Assembly (NCBI GenBank): GCA_964497855.1
Contig: CAZCFM010000001.1
Coordinates: 30,618-94,617 of the forward strand
From: an uncultured Verrucomicrobiota bacterium
Lineage (GTDB): Bacteria; Verrucomicrobiota; Kiritimatiellia; SS1-B-03-39; UBA6053
Length of the DNA: 64,000 nucleotides
Direction of reading: 5' to 3'
The stretch's first letter is position 1; every line of letters starts with the position of its first letter. Positions 18,946 through 30,705 of the stretch are shown piece after piece. The translations under genes and the position numbers were made by a program. The notes beneath the pieces are model-generated. The model did not search any database and was not told where the DNA came from. It saw only the letters and a list, made by a program, of their open reading frames with translations.

Positions 18946-20112
18946 ATGTTCGAGAACGAATACCGTCCCCCTCCCCCGCCGCCACCTCAGGCCTGGCTGC
19001 ACAAAAACGCATTCAAGGTCATTATCCCGCTTGTTGCAGCGCTTGTTTTGCTGCCCATTGCCTTTTTTCACCGGAGTTCGGAAAAACGGATCGAACCCAC
19101 CGTGCAGCCCCCCGAAGCGCCCCCGTCCGAACCCACCCCGCTTCCCGGCCCCAGCCTGTTGCTCTACGGGTATCCCACGCCCCAAACCCTTCTCAAGGAA
19201 ATCGACAACCCCAAGGTATACATGCCCACGGGATCTGGACGTGTGGAGTCCGCGCTCTACGGTTCCACCCGCACCAACAGCTCTGGCCTGGCCCAATTCC
19301 ATGAAGGCGTTGACATTGGCCCGATGCGCTGGAACCGCGCAGGTCGTGCGGAAGACGCCGTGTTTGCGGTTGCCGACGGGCGTGTTGGCTACATCAGTCG
19401 CGTGGCCGGAAATTCGAGTTACGGGATCTATGTGGTGTTGCTGCACGAGGATCCGGCCGGAGAAATCTACACGCTGTATTCGCACCTGGCGTCGGTGGTG
19501 CCAGAACTTAAAAAAGGGCAAAAGGTGACGCGCGGTCAGACCCTCGGCATCATGGGCAACACAACGACCCTTGGAATACCGTTGCAACGAAGCCATCTGC
19601 ATTTTGAAATCGGGTTGATGCTGAACCGTCATTTTGGCCCCTGGTTTCGGGCCCAGAACCTCAAGCCGGATCATGCGGAGTACCATGGATTCAACCTGTT
19701 TGGCATGGACCCGCTGCTCCTGTTGCTGCAACTCACTCCGGAGAGTCCCCAGCCCTTTTCGGTATTGAAAGCCCTGCAGGAGATGCCGCCGGCCTGGAGC
19801 CTGGCGTTTCAGGCGAATGGAAAACCGGATGTGTTTGTGCGGCATCCCGCGCTTTGGGAGGGCGAAGCTTTCCGCAAGGGCGTGATTGTGGTGGATGTGT
19901 CCGAAGGCGGCGTTCCCTTGCGGGGACGAAATGCAAGCGTGGAGGAAGCGGAGGGGGTTCGCGCGTTGAATCCGCGTGTGCTCGAGGTGAACGAAAGTGC
20001 TTTGGGACGCAACGGGCTGCGGCATGTGACACGCCGCAATGGCACCTGGAGCGTCAGTGAAGCAGGCAAACGCTGGCTGGAAATCCTGTTGCATGGCGCC
20101 GGACGGGGTTAA
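18946..20112 (+). CDS. M23 family (LytM-type) metallopeptidase with N-terminal membrane anchor
   Basis: HEGVDIG, YSHLASV and SHLHFEI zinc-ligand motifs. TM segment VIIPLVAALVLLPIAFF. Start at MFENEY is preferred (ATG 18946); an alternative is 18916. Confidence 0.85.
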   Translation: MFENEYRPPPPPPPQAWLHKNAFKVIIPLVAALVLLPIAFFHRSSEKRIEPTVQPPEAPPSEPTPLPGPSLLLYGYPTPQTLLKEIDNPKVYMPTGSGRVESALYGSTRTNSSGLAQFHEGVDIGPMRWNRAGRAEDAVFAVADGRVGYISRVAGNSSYGIYVVLLHEDPAGEIYTLYSHLASVVPELKKGQKVTRGQTLGIMGNTTTLGIPLQRSHLHFEIGLMLNRHFGPWFRAQNLKPDHAEYHGFNLFGMDPLLLLLQLTPESPQPFSVLKALQEMPPAWSLAFQANGKPDVFVRHPALWEGEAFRKGVIVVDVSEGGVPLRGRNASVEEAEGVRALNPRVLEVNESALGRNGLRHVTRRNGTWSVSEAGKRWLEILLHGAGRG

Positions 20113-20192
20113 AACCACGTGTCCCTCTGTGCCCCTCTTCTTTTTCGCTTGTGGATTGCCGATTTGGGAGCAGACCTGCTAAGGAACCCACC

Positions 20193-23045
20193 ATGATTCT
20201 GCTGTATCAACTCAACCGTTCCGACGACTGGCACATCGGGGTGATCCCCTACACCATGGAAATCCGCAAAGGTGACCGCCTGTCTGGAACGCCCTACCCT
20301 TGCCGCATCGAGAATCTCCTCAAATTCGGCACCAGCGGCATCTCACTGACTCCTCTCGACAAACGCATTCTGATGATGGTGCAGATGCATCAGAAACTGA
20401 ACGGGTTTCACTCCTATTTCAATGGGGCCGATGCCGGGAGAGTCCTCGAACTGCTTTTTGAAAGCGGACGGGCCTACCGCTGGGGAAACCGCGTCCCACC
20501 TATCCGAAAAGGAAAACCGATCCAGGCAAAAATGGAATGGCGTTTGGAGGGAGAGGTTCTTAAAACCACCTTTGCCTTGCCGCCCGGATGGGAGCTTTTG
20601 CCCTCCCGTCCGCCCATGGCCCTTTCGCCCGATAGCGAAACCTGTCACGTGCTCAACAGCGGCAATTCCGAGGACGCCGCCTGGGGCTGGCTGGCGCTGC
20701 CCCCCCTGAGCCTTGAACTCGCGCCGGAACATCTGCGCCGTCTCGAACAACGATTCCCCAACGCCCTTTTTCCCGTCCCTCCCGGACTGAAATCCCTGCA
20801 ACGCGACGACTTTTGCCCGGTCCCGGCCTTGCGCATCGTCGGTCACGAAGAATCCACTGCCGATGCCCTGCGCCTCCGCCCGATTTTCCTGTATGGAGAC
20901 CGGGAAATCGCCCCTGGCGACGAGGGGCGCGTCGTTCGCTTCAAAGAGGGCGATGCCCTGGTCGATGCCCCGCGAAACCGGGAGTTTGAAAGCGCGAAAC
21001 TCGCCGAGTTCTGCGCCACGGGCTTCATGCCCTGCCCCCCGCGCGCGGCCAACCTGTTCGATCATGCCGTGGAAAAAACCTGTTATCAGCCAGACCCCGC
21101 CGCAGGCCTCACTTGGTCGCTGTTTCTGGAAAAGCATCTTCCCGAATTGCAACGTGAAGGCTGGCAATTGCTGGAAGACCCCCAGCGCCGTCTGCACCGT
21201 CCCGGCAGCGACGCCGAATACCGCGAATTTGGCGAACAGTCCCGGGGCTGGTTCAGTTACGAACAAGGCGTCGTGCTCGACGGCGTCCGTATCAATCTTC
21301 TCCCCCTGGTCCAACGATTCCTGCGCGAACGCCGCGACTGGGACAGCGCCCGCATCCGCGACTATCTCCAGACCCACGACATCAGCGTCGCCATCGAGAA
21401 AGGTTTTCTCATCCTTCCCGGCCCCCGTTTTCTTGGCATCATCGAACACATCTTCGAACTCTTCGGCGCGGATGTTCTCGACAAACAGGACCGTCTCCGC
21501 CTCGGCCTCTGGCGCGCGGCGGAACTGGCCGCCCATCTCGGGGCCGATGGATGGCAGCCTCCGGAGGAACTACTGCACAGCATCCGCGCGATCGGCGGCG
21601 GACGCGACCTTCTTCCCCTCGCCGCGCCCAAGGGTTTCAAAGGCGAACTCCGTCCGTACCAAGAGCAGGGCCTTTCCTGGCTGGACTTCCTCTTTCAGCA
21701 CCGCATCGGCGGAATTCTGGCCGACGACATGGGCCTCGGCAAAACCGTGCAGGTCATCGCCGCCCTCCAGCACTGGCGTGAGCAGGACAAATCCCTCGCC
21801 CCGGCGCTCATCGTCTGTCCCGCGAGTGTGCTGCCCAACTGGCGCCGCGAACTGGAACGTTTTGCCCCCCGCCTGCGCGTTCACAGCCTGCACGGGGCGG
21901 AGCGCCATGACGACCGCATCGGCCTCAAAAAAGCGCAGGTCCTCCTCACGACTTACGGCACGCTGCGCGTGGACATTGAACGCTACCAGAGCCTTCCGCT
22001 TTCGGTCGTCGTCTTCGACGAGGCGCAGGTCCTCAAAAACCCCCGCGCCTCGCAAACGCAGGCCGCCGCAGCCATCGTGGCCAACGTCCGCATCGCCCTC
22101 TCCGGCACCCCGGTGGAAAACCATCTCGGGGATCTCTGGAGCCTCTTTCATTTGCTTCTGCCCGGTTTCCTGGGCACGGAACGCGAGTTTAAACACAGTT
22201 TCCGCATCCCCATCGAACGCGACCGGTGTCGGGCCTCCAGCGAAGCCCTGCGCAACCGCGTGCGCCCGCTGCTCCTGCGCCGCAGCAAAGACAGCGTTGC
22301 CCCGGAACTGCCGCCCAAGACCGAAATCATTCAGACCCTCCCCCTCGGACAGGCCCAGGCCGACCTCTATCAAAGCGTGCTGCTGGCCGTGAAAGAGGAA
22401 CTGCAGTCCGAAATTCAGGCCAAAGGCTTCCAACGTTCCCAGATCAGCATTCTGGATGCCCTCACCAAACTGCGTCAAACCTGTTGCGACCCACGCCTCC
22501 GCGAACCCTCCCGCGCCTGGAAACTCCCTGAGGATTCCGTCAAAATCGCCTGGCTCCGCGACAACCTGCCCGGACTCATTGAAGACGGACGCCGCGTGCT
22601 GGTGTTTTCGTTTTTTACGTCGATGCTCGATCTCGTTCGGCCCGAACTCAAACGCATGAAAATTCCCTTCGTGGAGATTCGGGGCGAAACCCGGGACCGC
22701 GACACTCCGGTGCGCACGTTCCAAGCTGGGAAAGCCCCGCTGTTCCTGCTCAGCCTCAAAGCCGGCGGCCTCGGACTCAATCTCACCGCCGCTGACACCG
22801 TCATTCTGCTCGACCCCTGGTGGAACCCGGCGGCGGAGGCACAGGCCATGGACCGTGCGCACCGCATCGGACAGGACAAACCGGTTTTCGTTTACAAACT
22901 CGTCACCGAAGGAACCGTCGAGGCCCGCATCCTGGAGATGCAGAGCCGGAAACGGGAGTGGGCGAAACTTGTCGAGGACGCCGCGTTGGAGTCCCCCAGC
23001 TTAAGCGAGGAGGATTTGGAAAACCTGCTCAGCCCGCCCGCCTGA
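20193..23045 (+). CDS. SNF2-family helicase/ATPase (RapA/HepA-like) with ~480 aa N-terminal region of unknown function
   Basis: ILADDMGLGKTVQ (motif I), VFDEAQVLKN (motif II), LSGTPVENHL, and C-terminal helicase motifs GGLGLNLTAADTVILLDPWWNPAAEAQAMDRAHRIGQ. AAGGAA RBS before ATG 20193. Confidence 0.88.
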   Translation: MILLYQLNRSDDWHIGVIPYTMEIRKGDRLSGTPYPCRIENLLKFGTSGISLTPLDKRILMMVQMHQKLNGFHSYFNGADAGRVLELLFESGRAYRWGNRVPPIRKGKPIQAKMEWRLEGEVLKTTFALPPGWELLPSRPPMALSPDSETCHVLNSGNSEDAAWGWLALPPLSLELAPEHLRRLEQRFPNALFPVPPGLKSLQRDDFCPVPALRIVGHEESTADALRLRPIFLYGDREIAPGDEGRVVRFKEGDALVDAPRNREFESAKLAEFCATGFMPCPPRAANLFDHAVEKTCYQPDPAAGLTWSLFLEKHLPELQREGWQLLEDPQRRLHRPGSDAEYREFGEQSRGWFSYEQGVVLDGVRINLLPLVQRFLRERRDWDSARIRDYLQTHDISVAIEKGFLILPGPRFLGIIEHIFELFGADVLDKQDRLRLGLWRAAELAAHLGADGWQPPEELLHSIRAIGGGRDLLPLAAPKGFKGELRPYQEQGLSWLDFLFQHRIGGILADDMGLGKTVQVIAALQHWREQDKSLAPALIVCPASVLPNWRRELERFAPRLRVHSLHGAERHDDRIGLKKAQVLLTTYGTLRVDIERYQSLPLSVVVFDEAQVLKNPRASQTQAAAAIVANVRIALSGTPVENHLGDLWSLFHLLLPGFLGTEREFKHSFRIPIERDRCRASSEALRNRVRPLLLRRSKDSVAPELPPKTEIIQTLPLGQAQADLYQSVLLAVKEELQSEIQAKGFQRSQISILDALTKLRQTCCDPRLREPSRAWKLPEDSVKIAWLRDNLPGLIEDGRRVLVFSFFTSMLDLVRPELKRMKIPFVEIRGETRDRDTPVRTFQAGKAPLFLLSLKAGGLGLNLTAADTVILLDPWWNPAAEAQAMDRAHRIGQDKPVFVYKLVTEGTVEARILEMQSRKREWAKLVEDAALESPSLSEEDLENLLSPPA

Positions 23046-23133
23046 GCCCCTCGTATTTTTTCCGGATTATCTTTTTTGCCCGAATCGTAACTTTTCAGTG
23101 GTATTTCTGATCAGGCAGGAGGATAATCCGCCC

Positions 23134-23826
23134 ATGACACCCAACATCCAAGCCATTTTATTTGATCTCGAAGACACGCTGCTGGACAATCAAAGCACGC
23201 GCAAAGCCTTTCTGGTGATCCAATGGCAGAGTTTTTTGGATGAACTGTTGGACATTCCCGCCCGGCGATATGTGGAGACCCTGAACGACTGTTTTATCGA
23301 GTGTGGGGGACGAACGCAGGAAGCCTACGCCAAGGCCATGTTTTTGTTGGGGCTTACGGGTGGGTTGGGAGCCTTGTTGCACAAAGACTACGAACAACAA
23401 GGCGGTGGCCATCCGCGATTGTTTCCAGAAGCTTTGGACCTGCTTCGGGACCTGTCGAAACACTTCAAAATCGGATTGGTCAGCAATGGACGCAGCTACG
23501 ATCAGTTGCGCATTCTGCGGGTTACGGGCCTTCTTCCCTACTTCCACAGTGTTTCGATCTCCGACAATTCCGTGACTGCGAAACCGGCACCCGACCTTTT
23601 CCTCCGTTGCCTGCACGAACTGGGAGTTCCCCCCTCGTCCGCTCTGATGGTGGGTGACAATCGACAAGAAGATATCTGCCCAGCCGCCGCACTGGGGATG
23701 AAAACCGTGTGGAAACACAATCGGCACACGCCTGCGGATGAAAAATGCAAGGCCGCAGAAGTCATTGAAGACCTCTGCGACCTGCCCTATGTTCTGCGAA
23801 ACGCGTTAAACGTCGCCGCCGGTTAG
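23134..23826 (+). CDS. HAD superfamily hydrolase
   Basis: Motif I region AILFDLEDTLLD, a motif II-like VSNG, and motif III/IV K...MVGDNRQEDI. AGGAGG RBS before ATG 23134. Confidence 0.85.
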   Translation: MTPNIQAILFDLEDTLLDNQSTRKAFLVIQWQSFLDELLDIPARRYVETLNDCFIECGGRTQEAYAKAMFLLGLTGGLGALLHKDYEQQGGGHPRLFPEALDLLRDLSKHFKIGLVSNGRSYDQLRILRVTGLLPYFHSVSISDNSVTAKPAPDLFLRCLHELGVPPSSALMVGDNRQEDICPAAALGMKTVWKHNRHTPADEKCKAAEVIEDLCDLPYVLRNALNVAAG

Positions 23827-25307
23827 AACGTGAACTCCGCCACGCTGTCGTCGGTGGCCACCGGAGCGGCGGAAGGAGTCGCCGGCTGAATATTCGCCGC
23901 CTGCGTCGAGGGAAGGTGGCGGTAGGTGACCATCAGGCCCAGCGCGGCCAGGGTGGTGTTATAAACCGCGCCCTGGGTGGCACCCCTCTCCGAAAAACAA
24001 AGCCAATGTCCATCGGACTTCTGGTTTTTTACCAGTGCATCCACCATCGGACGGTAAAAGGCGAGAAAGGTGCGACCGCCGGGATCGTCATGGAAGAAGG
24101 CCTGAACAGCATAGTACCAGAAGTTGATCGTGCCGCCATAGGTGTTGACAGCATTTTCTCCCCAGGCAGGGGCCTGACCACTGGCGGTGTACTGGCTGAG
24201 CAGCTGCATGGTTTGTTTGCTTTCGCGGGACGGGCCGCGTCCGGTCAGGTGCAGACACAGAGCCCCAGCGGAGGACAAAATCGGGGTGTGGCCTGGGCCG
24301 GTGTACCCAAATCCGCGACCCTCGGCGGATTCCTGGGAGTTCAGGAGTGCCCCATCCATGCCCTTTTGCAGAGCAGCTTCCAGATTGGGCAAGGCCACGT
24401 TGGCAATTTTTGCGGCTTTCATCGCCTGGACGTTCCAAGCACCCACCGAAAAATCGTTGCGAGGACCGGGTTTGTAATCGTAGTCAAAACCACCGTTGGC
24501 CTGCATGCCATCAATGATTACGCGGGTTCCGCGCTCCAAGGGCTCTTTAATCAGGGGATTCTGCGTCATGGTGTAGGCTTCGGCAAGCGCGTAGGTGGCC
24601 ATGGCATGACCGTAGGATGTGTGACTGCCGGCGGGCTGGAAGATCCCTTTGGAATCCTGATTCTCCACCAGGAAACGGATGGCCTTGGCCACGGTGGGGC
24701 CAAATTGCGCGGACGAAGGGGTTTCCCCGTGTGCGAGGAAGGTCAACAGGGCCAGACCGGTATAGCCCGTATTTCCACCGGAGGTCGTTGTATTCCCATC
24801 CGTGTCCCAGGATCCGTCAGGTTTCTGGTGGTCACGAAGCCATTCAAGCGCCTTCATCACTGCGGGACCGCTGATTTTGTCCCCACCGCCATATTTTCCA
24901 AGGGCGGCCTGGCGGGACAACGCCGTGCGTCCGGACATCAGACCCACCATTTGCACAGGACTGGCAATGTCAGACAACAGCTCCGTCAACTGGTTCATGT
25001 TGGTGTCGTTCACCGGCTGCACCGCTTCGGTCTCGGGGGTGAAATCGGTCACAATCTGGTTGTCAACCACGATATCGGTTTCCTGGATGCGGTCCGGATC
25101 CATGACCTCTTCGGGAATGTTTTCCTTGGGGATCTCGATCTCCTCCTTCGGAGTGGGCTGAATCTGCTTGACCACGGCCACGGGCGGCGGGGTGTTCCCT
25201 CCAAGCTGGAGGAAGAAGAGAAGCGCAATCACAAGGCTTCCGTTAATCGCCAGCGATATCAATATGCTCGCTGAATGGGCCACTTTCATCTGCTTTTGGA
25301 TATTCAT
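23823..25307 (-). CDS. membrane-anchored prenyltransferase/squalene-oxidase-repeat (alpha/alpha-toroid) protein, paralog A
   Basis: N-terminal MNIQKQMKVAHSASILISLAINGSLVIALLFFLQ anchor, an acidic/Pro linker, then terpenoid-cyclase-type repeats (KPDGSWD, ANGGFDYDY, QKSDGHW). Confidence 0.7.
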   Translation of the reverse strand: MNIQKQMKVAHSASILISLAINGSLVIALLFFLQLGGNTPPPVAVVKQIQPTPKEEIEIPKENIPEEVMDPDRIQETDIVVDNQIVTDFTPETEAVQPVNDTNMNQLTELLSDIASPVQMVGLMSGRTALSRQAALGKYGGGDKISGPAVMKALEWLRDHQKPDGSWDTDGNTTTSGGNTGYTGLALLTFLAHGETPSSAQFGPTVAKAIRFLVENQDSKGIFQPAGSHTSYGHAMATYALAEAYTMTQNPLIKEPLERGTRVIIDGMQANGGFDYDYKPGPRNDFSVGAWNVQAMKAAKIANVALPNLEAALQKGMDGALLNSQESAEGRGFGYTGPGHTPILSSAGALCLHLTGRGPSRESKQTMQLLSQYTASGQAPAWGENAVNTYGGTINFWYYAVQAFFHDDPGGRTFLAFYRPMVDALVKNQKSDGHWLCFSERGATQGAVYNTTLAALGLMVTYRHLPSTQAANIQPATPSAAPVATDDSVAEFTF

Positions 25308-25418
25308 GATACGACTCCAAGGGTTTCAAGAACTTTTAACATGATAACTATACCGACATTCATGTGGTTTGTTAAGGAGAACTTTCTGGAAATTCAAATG
25401 GAATGCCATGGAAAACCC

Positions 25419-26927
25419 TCACTCAATGCTGAAGCTCGCCGGATCATCCACCTGCGGGATTCCAGGGGACGGCGGAGCATCGCGGCGCTGTCTCGCCGCC
25501 TGAGTGGTGGTCAGGTGCCTGTAGGGAGTCATCAGCGAGAGCGATGCCAGGGTGGTGTTGTACAGAACCCCCTGGGCGAGGGCTTTGTCGTCAACCCCAC
25601 GCCAGGAACCGTCGGGCTCCTGCCCCCGCGCCAAAGCGCGAACCATCGCGGGATAAAAGGCGCGGAAATCCCGGCCCTTGGGATCCTGATGGAAAAAGGC
25701 CTGCGCCGCGTAATACCAGAAGTTGATTTCCCCACCGTGCTCCCCGGTACTGCGGCCCGCATTCCAGTCGGGCAGCGTGGATGCCGTCGTGAACGCCCGC
25801 AAAAAAACGTGGGCCATCTGGGTGTCGCGCGTCTCGTCTCGTCCGGCAAGGTGCAGGCAGAGGGTTCCGGCGGCGCTGAGGATGCCGCGTTCTCCGGGAC
25901 CCGTGTAGCCGAAGGAGAGGCGGTCCCCCTCCCGTTTGGCGTTCGCCAGCAGGCCCTCCATGGCCGTTTGAAGTTTTTCGGCCACCAAAGGCCGATCCAC
26001 TCCTGCCTCCCACGCGGCCTTCAGCGCCTGCAGCTGCCAGGCCCCCACCGAACTGTCGTTGCGGGTCCCGCCCTTGTACTCGTAATCGTAGCCGCCATGG
26101 GGCTGCATCCCCTCCATAATCACCCGCACGGCCCGCTCCAGTGGTTCTTTGAGCAGGTGGTTTTGCGTCATGGCGAAAGCCTCGGCCATCGCATAGGTGG
26201 CGATCGCGTGTCCATACACCGTGTGCGAACCCGCCGGCTGGAAGACCCCGCGCGAATCCTGGTTCTCCACCAGATAGCGCAGCGCTCGGCCCACCGTAAC
26301 CCCATACCCGGAACCGGAGGGCTTTTCCCCGTGCGCCAGAAAACAGAGCAGCGCCAACCCGGTGTAGCCACTGTTGCCCGCACCGGCGGACACGCGCCCC
26401 TCTTTATCCCACGAACCATCCGCCTTCTGATGCTCCCGCAGCCAATCCAGGGCCTTCAACACGGCCGGTTCGCTTATGCCGCCCGTTTCCGGCGCATAGT
26501 CCTCCAGGCGTTTTTTCCGCTCCGGCTCGCTGCGGATCGGCAACCCTGTGAGGATGACCACATCGGTCACCGTGAACATCAAATTCTCCAACAGATTGGG
26601 ATTCACATCCGCCACGGATTTCACAATCTCCGGCTCCGTTTCAAACGTGGAAAGCGTCGGAACGGGTTCCGGGTTGAAGTCCGTCCAGTCATCGGGATCC
26701 GCTTCGGAGATTTCCGTCACCTTCGGCTCAACCGGTAAGGGATCGATCACAAGTTTGGTGTCCGGTTCAATGATCTTGATCGTCCCCACCTTGGGCTGGA
26801 CAGGTTCGCCCGTCTGCAGGAAAAACAGGAGCAGGATCACCAGTCCCGCGTTGATCAGAAACGACAACGCCACGCTCGCCGAATGCGCCATTTTTAGCTG
26901 ATTCTGAATCTTCATGGCCTTCTCCAC
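25419..26927 (-). CDS. membrane-anchored prenyltransferase/squalene-oxidase-repeat protein, paralog B
   Basis: Colinear with paralog A (MKIQNQLKMAHSASVALSFLINAGLVILLLFFLQ; KADGSWD; PHGGYDYEY; QEPDGSW). By analogy with paralog A the start may be MKIQNQ (ATG at 26915). Confidence 0.7.
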   Translation of the reverse strand: MEKAMKIQNQLKMAHSASVALSFLINAGLVILLLFFLQTGEPVQPKVGTIKIIEPDTKLVIDPLPVEPKVTEISEADPDDWTDFNPEPVPTLSTFETEPEIVKSVADVNPNLLENLMFTVTDVVILTGLPIRSEPERKKRLEDYAPETGGISEPAVLKALDWLREHQKADGSWDKEGRVSAGAGNSGYTGLALLCFLAHGEKPSGSGYGVTVGRALRYLVENQDSRGVFQPAGSHTVYGHAIATYAMAEAFAMTQNHLLKEPLERAVRVIMEGMQPHGGYDYEYKGGTRNDSSVGAWQLQALKAAWEAGVDRPLVAEKLQTAMEGLLANAKREGDRLSFGYTGPGERGILSAAGTLCLHLAGRDETRDTQMAHVFLRAFTTASTLPDWNAGRSTGEHGGEINFWYYAAQAFFHQDPKGRDFRAFYPAMVRALARGQEPDGSWRGVDDKALAQGVLYNTTLASLSLMTPYRHLTTTQAARQRRDAPPSPGIPQVDDPASFSIE

Positions 26928-27147
26928 TGTGATGTGTTTAAAAGCATAAAACAGTTACCCCGACTCGCCCGCTTTGTTTACGTCTATTTCAGAAAATCCG
27001 CCCAGGCCCCCTCCCCCGCCGACATCAAATCGGACAAAAAGCCTCCGGGATTAAAAAATTCGCTTTCCTCTCTCGTTATTTATTTGTCAATTGGACAATG
27101 CGTGATAGGGTGCGCCCGTTTTTCATCCCAGCAAGGATTCCCCGCCT

Positions 27148-27918
27148 ATGATCAATCTGAAAGAAATCCACGTCTCTTCCGTCGTCAAGAAGCTGCTCAC
27201 CGGGGTCACCGGCCTCGGTCTGGTCCTCTTCCTGGTGGTTCACCTCATCGGAAATCTCACCCTCTTCGCCGGCCCCGAAGTCTTCAACGCTTACGCGCAG
27301 TTCCTGCACCACTTCATGCACGGCATGTTTATCCGCTTCGCGGAAATGGGCCTGTTCGGCTTCTTCGCCATTCATATCTGGTCGGCCCTGAGCGTGCAGC
27401 TCGGCAAACGCCGCGCCCGCCCCACGCCCTACGCCGTCCAGGGCAACGCCGGTTCCCCCAGCAAGAAGTCCTTCCACTCCCTCAACATGGCCATCAGTGG
27501 CGGCATCATCCTGCTCTTCGTGTTCGTCCACCTGATCAACTTCAAATACGCCGACCACGAAGCGGTCGGCAAAATGCACCTGGAAACAGGCATCGAAGTG
27601 ACCAACACCTACAGGCTGGTGGTTGAAACCTTCCAAGGCAGCTTCCTGCTGACCCTGTTCTACATGCTGGCCATGGGCGTTCTCTGCTCCCACCTGATGC
27701 ACGGCATCTGGAGCGCCTTCCAGAGCCTCGGCATGACCCGCCCCTCCACCATCCCCTACCTGCACATTGCGGGCATGGGCATCGCCATCGCCCTCGCCAT
27801 CGGCTTCTTCCTGCTGCCACTGCTCATTTATATGATGCGGGGAGCCTTCGATCCCAACGCGATGCCGCCACACCTCGATCAGGTCCGCGCCGCCGTATCC
27901 GCCTGTTTTAACGTCTAA
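27148..27918 (+). CDS. sdhC: succinate dehydrogenase/fumarate reductase, single dihaem cytochrome b subunit
   Basis: Five hydrophobic helices with conserved His residues ([31 protein letters not shown]). Immediately precedes the flavoprotein and Fe-S subunit genes. Confidence 0.85.
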   Translation: MINLKEIHVSSVVKKLLTGVTGLGLVLFLVVHLIGNLTLFAGPEVFNAYAQFLHHFMHGMFIRFAEMGLFGFFAIHIWSALSVQLGKRRARPTPYAVQGNAGSPSKKSFHSLNMAISGGIILLFVFVHLINFKYADHEAVGKMHLETGIEVTNTYRLVVETFQGSFLLTLFYMLAMGVLCSHLMHGIWSAFQSLGMTRPSTIPYLHIAGMGIAIALAIGFFLLPLLIYMMRGAFDPNAMPPHLDQVRAAVSACFNV

Positions 27919-27938
27919 TTTTTCCCGGAGCCTCTCCC

Positions 27939-29864
<1,926 letters not shown>

Positions 29865-29887
29865 TTCATTGATCCGAGGAAACGCAC

Positions 29888-30634
29888 ATGAAAGTGAATC
29901 TTAAAATCTGGCGCCAGGCCGGCCCCAAAACCCCCGGTCGTTTGGTGGACTACAGCATCGACAACGTTGATCCCTCCCAGTCTTTTCTGGAAATGCTCGA
30001 CATGCTCAACGAAAAACTCATCAAGGACGGCGGCGAGCCCGTCGCCTTTGAGAGCGACTGCCGCGAGGGCATCTGCGGCAACTGCGGTCTGGTGATCAAC
30101 GGCGTAGCCCACGGCGGAAAAGGCGGATGCACCACCTGCGAAGTGCGCATGCGCCAGTTCACCGAGGGCCAGACCATCACCGTCGAACCCTTCCGCGCCA
30201 AAGCCTTCCCCATCATCAAGGACCTGGCTGTCAACCGCAGCGCCTTCGACCGCATCATGTCCAAGGGCGGTTACATCGCCGTGAACACCGGCAACGCGCA
30301 GGACGCGAACATGCTGCCGATTCACCACGACGACGCGGAACACGCGATGGACGCCGCCGCCTGCATCGGCTGCGGCGCCTGCGTCGCCGCCTGTCCGAAC
30401 GCCAGCGCCAGTCTTTTCGTCGGTGCCAAAGTCTCCCAGTACACCTGGCTGCCCCAGGGCAAAGTCGAAGCCAAAACTCGCGTCCTCGGCATGGTCAAAC
30501 AGATGGACTCCGAAGGTTTCGGCGACTGCTCCAACCACGCCGAATGCGAAGCCGTCTGCCCCAAGGAAATCTCCATCGCCAACATCAGCCGCATGCGCCG
30601 CGAATACACCCGCGCCCTGCTCGCCGGCGTGTGA
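29888..30634 (+). CDS. sdhB: succinate dehydrogenase/fumarate reductase iron-sulfur subunit
   Basis: 2Fe-2S (CREGICGNCG), 4Fe-4S (CIGCGACVAACP) and 3Fe-4S (CSNHAECEAVCP) cysteine clusters. Confidence 0.95.
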   Translation: MKVNLKIWRQAGPKTPGRLVDYSIDNVDPSQSFLEMLDMLNEKLIKDGGEPVAFESDCREGICGNCGLVINGVAHGGKGGCTTCEVRMRQFTEGQTITVEPFRAKAFPIIKDLAVNRSAFDRIMSKGGYIAVNTGNAQDANMLPIHHDDAEHAMDAAACIGCGACVAACPNASASLFVGAKVSQYTWLPQGKVEAKTRVLGMVKQMDSEGFGDCSNHAECEAVCPKEISIANISRMRREYTRALLAGV

Positions 30635-30655
30635 AGAACTCCCGCCCGCCCTCCC

Positions 30656-30686
30656 CCACAAAGCCCGGTTCCCCCGGGCTTTGTGG
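30656..30686 (+). terminator. strong stem-loop after sdhB (13-bp perfect stem, 5-nt loop), no clear U-tract
   Basis: CCACAAAGCCCGG-ttccc-CCGGGCTTTGTGG, 22 nt after the sdhB stop and 20 nt before the next ATG. Confidence 0.5.
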
Positions 30687-30705
30687 TATCCTCCCGGAAC
30701 TCCCC

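Noticed and set aside
23152-23175. HAD motif I reads FDLEDT (second Asp apparently Glu)
   Set aside because: This could be a genuine DxE variant, but it depends on the alignment register. Not enough to claim altered chemistry without a profile alignment.
27084-27098. TTGTCAATTGGACAA quasi-palindrome upstream of sdhC
   Set aside because: Imperfect dyad (5-bp arms only), and I cannot link it to a known regulator box. A possible operator, but unsupported.
30127-30705. Upstream 193 codons of listed ORF 30127..31479
   Set aside because: Arg/Pro-rich and out of frame across sdhB. Deacetylase homology starts at MPSQKPF (30706), after a strong stem-loop.
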